46,064 nucleotides of DNA. It comes from a virus. Positions within the stretch are counted from its first letter, which is position 1. Each line of letters opens with the position of its first letter. The notes under the pieces were generated by a model that saw nothing but the letters and a program-made list of their open reading frames with translations, had not been told where the DNA came from and made no database searches. The position numbers and the translations under genes were made by a program. The stretch lies in IMG/VR virus record IMGVR_UViG_3300045988_118513, one strand, 5' to 3'. This document shows, in pieces, positions 1 through 6,210 of the stretch.

Positions 1-55
1 ACTATAATTCAATACCAATTACGTCTTAAGACTTAAAGCAACGACAGAACTATAA
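1..55. repeat. 55-nt terminal redundancy (1-55 identical to 46010-46064); the contig closes into a circle
   Basis: Both ends read actataattcaataccaattacgtcttaagacttaaagcaacgacagaactataa. The length equals a common assembler k-mer (55). Confidence 0.9.
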
Positions 56-114
56 GATAGAAACCATGAGCCATAAGATAGAAACCATGAGCCATAAGAT
101 AGAAACCATGAGCT
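52..114. repeat. Tandem 21-bp repeat x3 (ataagatagaaaccatgagcc) plus a partial unit
   Basis: Units at 52-72, 73-93 and 94-114 (last base differs), followed by ataagccataag. Confidence 0.9.
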
Positions 115-610
115 ATAAGCCATAAGTCGTGAACTAGAGAACTTGAGATAGAGAGCTTTAAACACTAGCTTAAGACTTAAGATATATATTTATATATATA
201 CTTGCCCCCCCTACCCCCCAAGGGCTTTTACCCTCTCACTATATAGTCAGTGAGCGAGGAGGGGGTAACTGTTCACTTTTTTCAATAATGAGACGCATGT
301 CACGCGTAGGCTTCTGGTGGGCAGGCCCCAGAATCTGCAGAAACAGGCCAATCGCCCCAAACCTCCTCGCCGAGAGCTGGGGGTGCAGGCTGCGACCAGG
401 GTTGCGAGCCTGGGGAGGAGCGTGTTAGCGTGAGCCGTCAAGCGGTGCGCGGCGTAGCGAACTGGTTGACATGGAAAGCTTGTAACCCGTCGCGGATATT
501 TTTTGCTAGGACCGTGTGGTGATCACACGCAATTCTTGCGAGGTCATAGCCCCCTATTCAGACGCAATTCTTCGCGCAATTCTGAGCGTGTCTAGTCGGT
601 GTGCCCACCT

Positions 611-815
611 TGTATTTAATTGCTGGGTTAATTGACTTGGTTAATTGCTTAGATAGCCGCTTTATTTATCGTAAAGAATTGTTTTTGTAATTGAAGTCAA
701 TTTGCTACTTAATTGTTATGTTGCTATTCGGTTAATATGCTTGCGTAATTGCTGTGTATATGGTATGTACAGTTCTTTATGTCTATTGTGTCACCATTCC
801 ATCAATCGAATTGAC
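611..815. repeat. AT-rich iteron-like cluster, about 9 copies of (T/G)TAATTG or GAATTG
   Basis: TTAATTG at 616, 628, 641 and 709. GTAATTG at 687 and 745. GAATTG at 676 and 808. Variants tcaatttg and gttaatatg also occur. Local GC is far below the rest of the genome and there is no credible ORF. Confidence 0.7.
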
Positions 816-1049
816 AATAACGTCGGCATGTGTTAGCCGCGCGCCCGCGTGCATTTGGGTAGGGGCTAGTCCATAGGTAATGTGATTAGCGTCTCATTTG
901 ATTATTGGCCCTCGCGATAGGTCCTAATCAGCGTTTGACAGTTCGCGGCCGGCGTTCTATGCCGGCGCTTAGTCTGGCCCGGTATTCTGCGGGCGTCTCG
1001 GAGTGTGATTACTTGACATCTCAGCATGCGGCGGCGTTTGGCTGGCCAC

Positions 1050-1079
1050 TTGACGTAAGCCGTGCGGTAGCCGTACGAT
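1050..1079 (+). promoter_or_regulatory. Candidate sigma-70/HrdB-type promoter (TTGACG, 18 nt, TACGAT) upstream of gene block A
   Basis: -35 TTGACG at 1050-1055 and -10 TACGAT (TAnnnT pattern) at 1074-1079. It is one of four TTGAC motifs in 933-1085. Sequence match only. Confidence 0.25.
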
Positions 1080-1330
1080 TGACCCGTCGCCAAACGAGGC
1101 GGCCCGGTGAGAGCGGGGCGCGGGTAGTTTTGTGCGCTGGTTGTTTTTTGTGAATTACAGAGCGGTTAATTTTTCGCCTTTGGCGCGCGCTTTGCCTAGC
1201 GCGGTCACTCACCTGCGATGCGACGGCCCCGCCTGTAGGGGCTGGGGTCGCCGTTAGGTCACACCGTCGTTAGGGCTGGCTCTGAGTTCCCGGCTGGCTT
1301 AATCGGGGGCGCGTGTCGTTATTGGACTAG

Positions 1331-1407
1331 GGGCATCTTTGGTGAGCGTTCGCGCGGGCGTTTAGCAGACGTGGCGCGGGTGGCAGGTCCGATTCCTGCG
1401 ATGCCTA
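1331..1407 (+). ncRNA. Degenerate full-length tRNA-like element (pseudo-tRNA shape, not a functional tRNA call)
   Basis: 7-bp acceptor GGGCATC/GATGCCT. T-arm GCAGG-TCCGATT-CCTGC (1383-1399). Long anticodon-position arm (CGCGC/GCGCG plus CGT/ACG) with 7-nt loop TTAGCAG. D region CTTTGGTGAG resembles the D-arm of the downstream elements. Irregular, 4 nt longer than canonical. Confidence 0.35.
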
Positions 1408-1482
1408 CGGGCGCGCCTAATGGTGGGTGGCGCTTATGGGTTCCCAGAGTGGGGGCCTACTGAGAATGTGAGAGGTAACATC

Positions 1483-1809
1483 ATGGCTATTTCTGAGATG
1501 ATTCGCGACCTTATGGGCTCTGATGTAGAGCCGGGTTTCATGGTTGGCGCAGGTTTGCGCGTTGTGCTCAATTCGTCGGGGACCGGGTACCTGCTCATCC
1601 GCGAGGATCGGACGATTGCCCTTGAGTGGGGCGCGGGCGGTGGAATGGTGAGCGTTACCGCGTCCGACCTATCGCCCTCCGAAAAGCGTGCGATTACGCG
1701 GGTTGTGCGTGTGATTCGCCCGGCGTTCACACCCGATTGGGGTGCGTGGGAGAGGATGTGCCGCCGGGCGCTGGGTTGTCGCGCGATGCTTGCCATGCGC
1801 CCCTTGTGA
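1483..1809 (+). CDS. Hypothetical protein (block A, 108 aa)
   Basis: ORF-track frame 1420..1809 trimmed to ATG 1483, which lies 7 nt after the conserved leader tgagaatgtgagagg (1461-1475). No recognisable domain. Confidence 0.65.
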   Translation: MAISEMIRDLMGSDVEPGFMVGAGLRVVLNSSGTGYLLIREDRTIALEWGAGGGMVSVTASDLSPSEKRAITRVVRVIRPAFTPDWGAWERMCRRALGCRAMLAMRPL

Positions 1810-1842
1810 TTGATCGTAGGGATTGATTCGGGTCCCTGGTTA

Positions 1843-1891
1843 TCCCGGCCCTAGTGGTGGGTGTGAGGTGGGTTCAATTCCCGCGCCGGGA
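1843..1891 (+). ncRNA. tRNA-like element without anticodon arm, copy 1
   Basis: Acceptor TCCCGGC/GCCGGGA. D-arm CCTAGTGGTGGG. Linker TGTGAG. T-arm GTGGG-TTCAATT-CCCGC. Followed by GC. Confidence 0.75.
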
Positions 1892-1941
1892 GCTGGCTAC
1901 CAAGGCGGTGGCCTAATTGAAAGAGGGTGAGAGGTCCGAAA

Positions 1942-2541
1942 ATGATTGACTACGATGAGACGAATCAGACGGCGCGCGAATGTGCTGATTGGATTATGGA
2001 ACAGCTTGGTCCCGAGGTCCTTACCGTTGACGCGTTCTTGGAATTCACCAACGGGTCGGGGTTTGCCCCGTATGACTGGGAAATTGATCGTTGGGTTGAT
2101 GCCTATTTCGAGTGGGCATATTCGCCCGCGTGGCAGCGCATCGTGTGGGAAGCGTGGGACGCGTGCGGACGCCCCGCTACCGAGGAGTTCTATGACCTGT
2201 ATGGCGATGAGGGTGATCCTGAGAATCGCCGTGAGGCGCAGGCGATGAGTCGCATCCTGGCTATTCAGGATATGGTTGGCCGTTTCATGGCGGGCGCGTT
2301 CGCTAGGGCGTGTTTGGCTGCGGATTGGGTGGCTATTTCGGTGAATATGGACGTTCCGCGCTGGTGGGAAGATGAGGTTGAACCTTGGTTCCCTACAGGG
2401 GATGCGTCCGAGCTTCCTAGTGGGGCGTGGCTGATTGATGGTTGCGCTTGGGATTGGTGTGAGGATGGGGACGCTGTTGAGGTGTACCCGTGCGGTTTGG
2501 CGTATCGGCTGGGCGCGGCGAGGCCCCCGGCTGTTGCCTAG
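1942..2541 (+). CDS. Hypothetical acidic, Trp-rich protein (block A, 199 aa)
   Basis: Frame 1927..2541 trimmed to ATG 1942 after leader ttgaaagagggtgagagg. Confidence 0.7.
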   Translation: MIDYDETNQTARECADWIMEQLGPEVLTVDAFLEFTNGSGFAPYDWEIDRWVDAYFEWAYSPAWQRIVWEAWDACGRPATEEFYDLYGDEGDPENRREAQAMSRILAIQDMVGRFMAGAFARACLAADWVAISVNMDVPRWWEDEVEPWFPTGDASELPSGAWLIDGCAWDWCEDGDAVEVYPCGLAYRLGAARPPAVA

Positions 2542-2554
2542 TGGTGTTTGGTTA

Positions 2555-2603
2555 TCGCGGGCTTAGTGGCGAGTTTTAGGCCGGTTCAATTCCGGTCCCG
2601 CGA
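2555..2603 (+). ncRNA. tRNA-like element without anticodon arm, copy 2
   Basis: Acceptor TCGCGGG/CCCGCGA. D-arm CTTAGTGGCGAG. Linker TTTTAG. T-arm GCCGG-TTCAATT-CCGGT. Followed by GC. Confidence 0.75.
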
Positions 2604-2666
2604 GCGGGGGCGTGTGTGGCGTGCGCACGTCCTATCACAGATCAATTGAGAATTGAGGACAAGACA

Positions 2667-3002
2667 ATGATGTTCGTGACTGAGGTTGAAGGCGACGCAC
2701 TGGAAGCTATGCAGGATGCGTGGGATGACGTGTACTCGTTCACGCGTTCGGAGCTTGGCGACGTGCCGGATTGGGCCGACTACGTGAATGCGGAGGGTGA
2801 GCTTTTTACTGAGAGCGAACTTGAAGACACGTTCGCGGATAGGCTAAATGACTGCTATGGCCCCGTTTCCGTCTGCGGATACGAATACGACGCGGGCCGT
2901 GTTCTTAGGGAGGTTGATCCCGTCGCGTTCCGTGAGGGGTTCCTGGATTGGCTTGATGCGCAGCAGAGTGATGGCGAGCTGCGCAGTATTGAGGGCCGGT
3001 AG
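2667..3002 (+). CDS. Hypothetical acidic protein, paralogue family A (PDWA-YV-DG motif)
   Basis: Frame 2616..3002 trimmed to ATG 2667 after leader ttgagaattgagg. It aligns with the products of 3591..3947 and 6211..6561 over AMQDAW...GDVPDWADYVNAEG. Confidence 0.7.
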   Translation: MMFVTEVEGDALEAMQDAWDDVYSFTRSELGDVPDWADYVNAEGELFTESELEDTFADRLNDCYGPVSVCGYEYDAGRVLREVDPVAFREGFLDWLDAQQSDGELRSIEGR

Positions 3003-3009
3003 GTTCTCA

Positions 3010-3071
3010 CCCTTGGCAAGTCGGTTGCGCGCCCTACGTGGGCGTCCTGGGTTCGATTCCTGGGCTGGGGG
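3010..3071 (+). ncRNA. tRNA-like element, variant copy 3, retaining a short anticodon-position hairpin
   Basis: Acceptor CCCTTGG/CTGGGGG (3 G:U pairs). D-like CAAGTCGGTTG. Extra hairpin CGCCC-TACGT-GGGCG (3030-3044). T-arm CCTGGG-TTCGATT-CCTGGG with wobbles. Followed by GC. Confidence 0.55.
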
Positions 3072-3125
3072 CGGGGCAACAATGGTTGTTGCCTGTTCTG
3101 AGAATGTGAGAAAGAGGTTTCTATC

Positions 3126-3479
3126 ATGACTGTTCTGCATGATATTGAGGCGGCGGCGTACGCGGTTCGACACGGGTTCGCGGGTGACATTATCCCGGTT
3201 GCGATCAACTTCAATGTTGTTCGTTTCCCGCGCCCTGAGGGTGGGGACGAATACCGCGTCTATTCGTATCGGACGCTGGTTGCGATTATGACGCGAGCGG
3301 TGGGCACTATTGGCGTGCGTGTTGACATGTGTGCGGACGCGCTGAATCACTCGGTTACGACGTCCCGGCACGTGGCGCATTTTCTGAGCGGCGTGGTGGA
3401 TGGCTACGTGGATTGGGATCGACTTAAGGCGGCGTGTGCGTCGGCTGTTGGTTCTGCGGTCGTTGTGCCCACGGTTTGA
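3126..3479 (+). CDS. Hypothetical protein (block A, 117 aa)
   Basis: ATG 3126 lies 8 nt after leader ctgagaatgtgagaaagagg. The ORF runs intact to TGA 3479. Confidence 0.7.
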   Translation: MTVLHDIEAAAYAVRHGFAGDIIPVAINFNVVRFPRPEGGDEYRVYSYRTLVAIMTRAVGTIGVRVDMCADALNHSVTTSRHVAHFLSGVVDGYVDWDRLKAACASAVGSAVVVPTV

Positions 3480-3487
3480 CGCGGGTT

Positions 3488-3537
3488 TCCCTAGCCTGTT
3501 GGTAGGTGTGATTGCAGGTTCGACCCCTGCCTAGGGA
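3488..3537 (+). ncRNA. tRNA-like element without anticodon arm, copy 4
   Basis: Acceptor TCCCTAG/CTAGGGA. D-arm CCTGTTGGTAGG. Linker TGTGATT. T-arm GCAGG-TTCGACC-CCTGC. Followed by GC. Confidence 0.8.
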
Positions 3538-3590
3538 GCTGATAGCCACGGCGGCTATCTATTCGAGATTTGAGAGTGAGTGTGAATGAT

Positions 3591-3947
3591 ATGGCGACTC
3601 GAATCATGCTCCCGTGTGACGGTTTTTCGCCCGCGTGGGAGTGGCTGAGCGTGTGGCAGTTGGAGGCCCTGCAGGATTGGTGGGGTACTAGTGCCCGGCT
3701 GGTTCGTGAGAGCGTGGGCGCGCCCGATTGGGCTGAGTACGTGGACAAGGATGGTGCGGCTTGGTCCCGTGAGGGATTGCTGGTGCGACTGGTCTTTGAC
3801 GCAATTGACCTGTACGGCGAAACGCATGTCGATACGATGATTAAGGATATCGGCAATGATGGCATGGTCGAGATGCTTGACGGGTGGATTGATGCCCGCG
3901 TGTTTCGCGGTGACCTGGTTCGCCTTGTTGGCGAGGGCGAGGCATGA
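3591..3947 (+). CDS. Hypothetical acidic protein, paralogue family A
   Basis: Frame 3570..3947 trimmed to ATG 3591 after leader ttgagagtgagtgtgaatg. Motif LEALQDWW...GAPDWAEYVDKDG. Confidence 0.7.
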   Translation: MATRIMLPCDGFSPAWEWLSVWQLEALQDWWGTSARLVRESVGAPDWAEYVDKDGAAWSREGLLVRLVFDAIDLYGETHVDTMIKDIGNDGMVEMLDGWIDARVFRGDLVRLVGEGEA

Positions 3948-4294
3948 TCATGTGTGACATAAGTAGGGATGCGCTGAAAACCTTGGTTGAGCGGGCGCGT
4001 GAGGATGAGACGTTCCCTGGCTACTTCCTGTACTGCCAGGTCGGCATTAGCGGCGTGCGATCATCGTACGGATGGGTTGACTGTGACGGTTTTCTGCGCA
4101 CGTGTGATGACTTGGTGGATGAGTATGAGGCCGAGTTAGATCGCGAGGGTGCGAGCCTGGGGCTTGGTTCGGATGAGTTGCTGGGTGGCGCGATGCGCGG
4201 GATTGATCCGACTGGGTTCGATATCGCGGTTGGCATGTACATTGATCGGCTGGTTGCGCAGGGCATGCTAATCCCCCTGTATTACGCGGACTAG
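3944..4294 (+). CDS. Hypothetical acidic protein (116 aa)
   Basis: The ATG overlaps the upstream stop (ATGA), suggesting translational coupling. No domain recognised. Confidence 0.65.
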   Translation: MIMCDISRDALKTLVERAREDETFPGYFLYCQVGISGVRSSYGWVDCDGFLRTCDDLVDEYEAELDREGASLGLGSDELLGGAMRGIDPTGFDIAVGMYIDRLVAQGMLIPLYYAD

Positions 4295-4305
4295 CGGCGC
4301 AAATA

Positions 4306-4354
4306 TCCCGGCCCTGTTGGTAGGTGTGATAAGGGTTCGACCCCCTTGCCGGGA
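4306..4354 (+). ncRNA. tRNA-like element without anticodon arm, copy 5
   Basis: Acceptor TCCCGGC/GCCGGGA. D-arm CCTGTTGGTAGG. Linker TGTGAT. T-arm AAGGG-TTCGACC-CCCTT. Followed by AC. Confidence 0.8.
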
Positions 4355-4456
4355 ACTGGGCGCGTGCCATCCGGCGCGAGCCCCGTCCTGCCCTGCGGAA
4401 TGACGATTGTCTGTAGGGTGGGGCATCATGAGACTAGCGGAAAGTGAGAAAAACTC

Positions 4457-4837
4457 ATGAGTGAACTGAACATTGTCAAGGCGAAGATCAACGGCACTGA
4501 GTACGAGCTCGTGAACATGACGCCGCACCCGGTCACTGTCTACGAGATGGATGGCGCGACCCCCGTTGTGACGGTCCCGTCGTCGGGTATGGTGCGTGTC
4601 GCTGAGACCGTGCGGGTCTGCTGCGAAGGTGAGGGTGAGGTTGCGCTGGTTGATATCGAGCGCGACCCGGATCATATCGAGGGACTGCCCGGCTACAATG
4701 AGGATCGATACGTGATCGTTTCCGACCTCGCCTATCAGGCCGCTAAGCCCCTTGGGCGTGATGACCTGCTGCGTCCCGGCCCCGCGGTTCGCGATGCGCG
4801 GGGGCGCATTATTGGCTGCAAGGGCCTCGCCATCTGA
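4457..4837 (+). CDS. Hypothetical protein (126 aa)
   Basis: ATG 4457 after leader ggaaagtgagaaaaactc. A 10-codon upstream mini-ORF (4427-4459) ends in an ATGA overlap with this start. Confidence 0.7.
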   Translation: MSELNIVKAKINGTEYELVNMTPHPVTVYEMDGATPVVTVPSSGMVRVAETVRVCCEGEGEVALVDIERDPDHIEGLPGYNEDRYVIVSDLAYQAAKPLGRDDLLRPGPAVRDARGRIIGCKGLAI

Positions 4838-4855
4838 CGGCGTAGGGGGGCGGGA

Positions 4856-4966
4856 GTGAGTCTACAAGATGACTGCATGGACCAAGCTCAGCGAATGCTT
4901 GGCGATAGTGCAACTCTAGTCGAGATTGAACAGCTCGCTAAGAAACTGTTCTACGGTGAGGTCTAA
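4856..4966 (+). CDS. Possible small ORF (36 aa, GTG start)
   Basis: Hand translation gives VSLQDDCMDQAQRMLGDSATLVEIEQLAKKLFYGEV. It fills the gap between 4837 and tRNA-like copy 6. It is below the ORF-track size cut-off and the RBS is weak. Confidence 0.3.
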   Translation: MSLQDDCMDQAQRMLGDSATLVEIEQLAKKLFYGEV

Positions 4967-4978
4967 CGACTTTCACCC

Positions 4979-5028
4979 TCCCTGGCCTAATGGTAGGTGT
5001 GAAGGTGGGTTCGATTCCCATCCAGGGA
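4979..5028 (+). ncRNA. tRNA-like element without anticodon arm, copy 6
   Basis: Acceptor TCCCTGG/CCAGGGA. D-arm CCTAATGGTAGG. Linker TGTGAAG. T-arm GTGGG-TTCGATT-CCCAT. Followed by GC. Confidence 0.8.
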
Positions 5029-5079
5029 GCGAGGGCGGCCAAAGCGGGTGCCCGTTTCGAGAGAAAGTGTGAACACATC

Positions 5080-5274
5080 ATGGAAATTACGTTCGACAAC
5101 CAGGCGCTTATTGTAATGGCGCTTGAGGCGCACATTAGGTCCCTGAATGAGGGGCGCGAGGCACTTAACGACACGTACATTAGCGGGGTGATTGATGAGC
5201 GCATCGCCGCTATCGCGCCGGTCCTTGATGCGCTCACATCCGGGGATTACTACCTCGAATTGCAGGAAGTGTGA
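5080..5274 (+). CDS. Hypothetical small helical protein (64 aa)
   Basis: Frame 4990..5274 trimmed to ATG 5080 after leader tcgagagaaagtgtgaac. The longer ORF-track version would read through tRNA-like copy 6. Confidence 0.65.
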   Translation: MEITFDNQALIVMALEAHIRSLNEGREALNDTYISGVIDERIAAIAPVLDALTSGDYYLELQEV

Positions 5275-5292
5275 GCCTGAGCGGTGCGGTTA

Positions 5293-5342
5293 TCCCTAGC
5301 CTGACGGCAGGTGTGGATACGGGTTCGACCCCCGTCTAGGGA
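5293..5342 (+). ncRNA. tRNA-like element without anticodon arm, copy 7
   Basis: Acceptor TCCCTAG/CTAGGGA. D-arm CCTGACGGCAGG. Linker TGTGGAT. T-arm ACGGG-TTCGACC-CCCGT. Followed by GC. Confidence 0.8.
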
Positions 5343-5400
5343 GCGACGGGCAGATGTCACGGTGGCATTGCCTGAGTACATGGAATAGGAGACTGAGGAA

Positions 5401-6078
5401 ATGAGTGGCGACAAGATTGTTCGCGTGACGAATCAGGGTGAGCTGGATGAGGCGTTGAAGGCCGACCCGTCTGATGACGTGGTGATCGTGATTGATTCGG
5501 ACCCTGGCAAGCGCGTTCCGATCTACATTTTCGTGATGGACTCGCGCGGGCATGCGATTGAGGCGCGGGGCGAGTCTCGTGTGGTCGTGTCGAATGGGGC
5601 GCGGCTGACGGCGAGAGGCCGGAGCATGGTTACCGCACGGGATGCGGCGTGCGTGCATGCGACGGACTTTGCACAGGTGCACTGGTATGACAGTTCTACC
5701 GGCACATGCGGATACTATGCGCGCGGCGAGGTGTGGGACACGGCGACCGTCGAAACCCACTCGCTCTGCCCCCTGTTCGCATCCATCAGTGCTGAGGTGA
5801 CGGTGCGGGGCGCTTCCCGCGTGGTGGCGCAGGGTGACGCGTCCGTGTATGCCTACAACCAGGCGGTTGTCGAAATGAGTGGCGACGTTGACGTGACGGC
5901 TTACGGTCAGTCGGTTGTCTACTGTGAGGGCGGCGAGGTGTATGCGCACGAACACGCGACGGTGTACGTGTTGAAGGGTGCGGACAGGGCGAGCGTTGAG
6001 GGTGTGCCGACTGTGGTTGTGCATGACCTTGCGGGTGATACGCCTGTGACGGGTGGGCCGGTCGTGCTTACCGTGTGA
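5401..6078 (+). CDS. Hypothetical repeat protein with 8-residue periodicity (beta-solenoid-like, 225 aa)
   Basis: ATG 5401 after ggaataggagactgaggaa. Runs of octads appear: RVVVSNGA RLTARGRS MVTARDAA CVHATDFA ... RVVAQGDA SVYAYNQA VVEMSGDV DVTAYGQS VVYCEGGE. Confidence 0.75.
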   Translation: MSGDKIVRVTNQGELDEALKADPSDDVVIVIDSDPGKRVPIYIFVMDSRGHAIEARGESRVVVSNGARLTARGRSMVTARDAACVHATDFAQVHWYDSSTGTCGYYARGEVWDTATVETHSLCPLFASISAEVTVRGASRVVAQGDASVYAYNQAVVEMSGDVDVTAYGQSVVYCEGGEVYAHEHATVYVLKGADRASVEGVPTVVVHDLAGDTPVTGGPVVLTV

Positions 6079-6097
6079 CGGGGGTGTTGGCCCTGGT

Positions 6098-6147
6098 TCC
6101 CAGGCTTAGGGGTGAGTGTTTAGGCGGGTTCGATTCCCGCCCTGGGA
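6098..6147 (+). ncRNA. tRNA-like element without anticodon arm, copy 8
   Basis: Acceptor TCCCAGG/CCTGGGA. D-arm CTTAGGGGTGAG. Linker TGTTTAG. T-arm GCGGG-TTCGATT-CCCGC. Followed by GC. Confidence 0.8.
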
Positions 6148-6210
6148 GCAGGTTCGCGACCAGCAGGGTTGCGGGCCGTATTGAAAGCTGAGTGTGAAAG
6201 GTGGTGCCCC

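Noticed and set aside
1-55. The 55-nt terminal identity as a biological direct terminal repeat
   Set aside because: Its length equals a standard assembler k-mer and the break point falls inside a 42-bp repeat unit. This needs read-level evidence before being treated as real termini.
361-421. GC-rich nested hairpin (CTCCTC...GAGGAG with inner CAGGCT/AGCCTG)
   Set aside because: Pairings of this kind arise easily in GC-rich sequence. There are no repeats, no conservation evidence and no adjacent signals, so there is too little support to call an RNA.
247-1212. Short ORFs 247..441(-), 902..1093(-), 905..1153(+) and 1021..1212(-) in the leftmost non-coding region
   Set aside because: They overlap each other mutually, have no RBS, and give Arg-rich, non-protein-like sequences. 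The region is better explained as regulatory or structured DNA.
1461-1482. The conserved leader as a promoter for leaderless mRNAs (TTGAGA as -35, TAACAT as -10)
   Set aside because: The -10-like hexamer ends 1 nt before the ATG, too close for a transcription start at the start codon. The motif is better read as an extended purine-rich RBS or leader.
1843-6147. The eight repeats as genuine tRNA genes
   Set aside because: Only 6-7 nt (TGTGAnn) sit between the D-arm and T-arm, so there is no anticodon stem-loop. At 49-50 nt they are about 25 nt too short.
1843-6147. The repeats as a CRISPR array or as integron attC sites
   Set aside because: Spacing is 315-805 bp, irregular, and filled with protein-coding genes, so this is not a CRISPR array. 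The repeats lack the attC R/L box consensus (GTTRRRY). The only recombinase is a phage-type tyrosine integrase 8 kb away with no attI-like arrangement.
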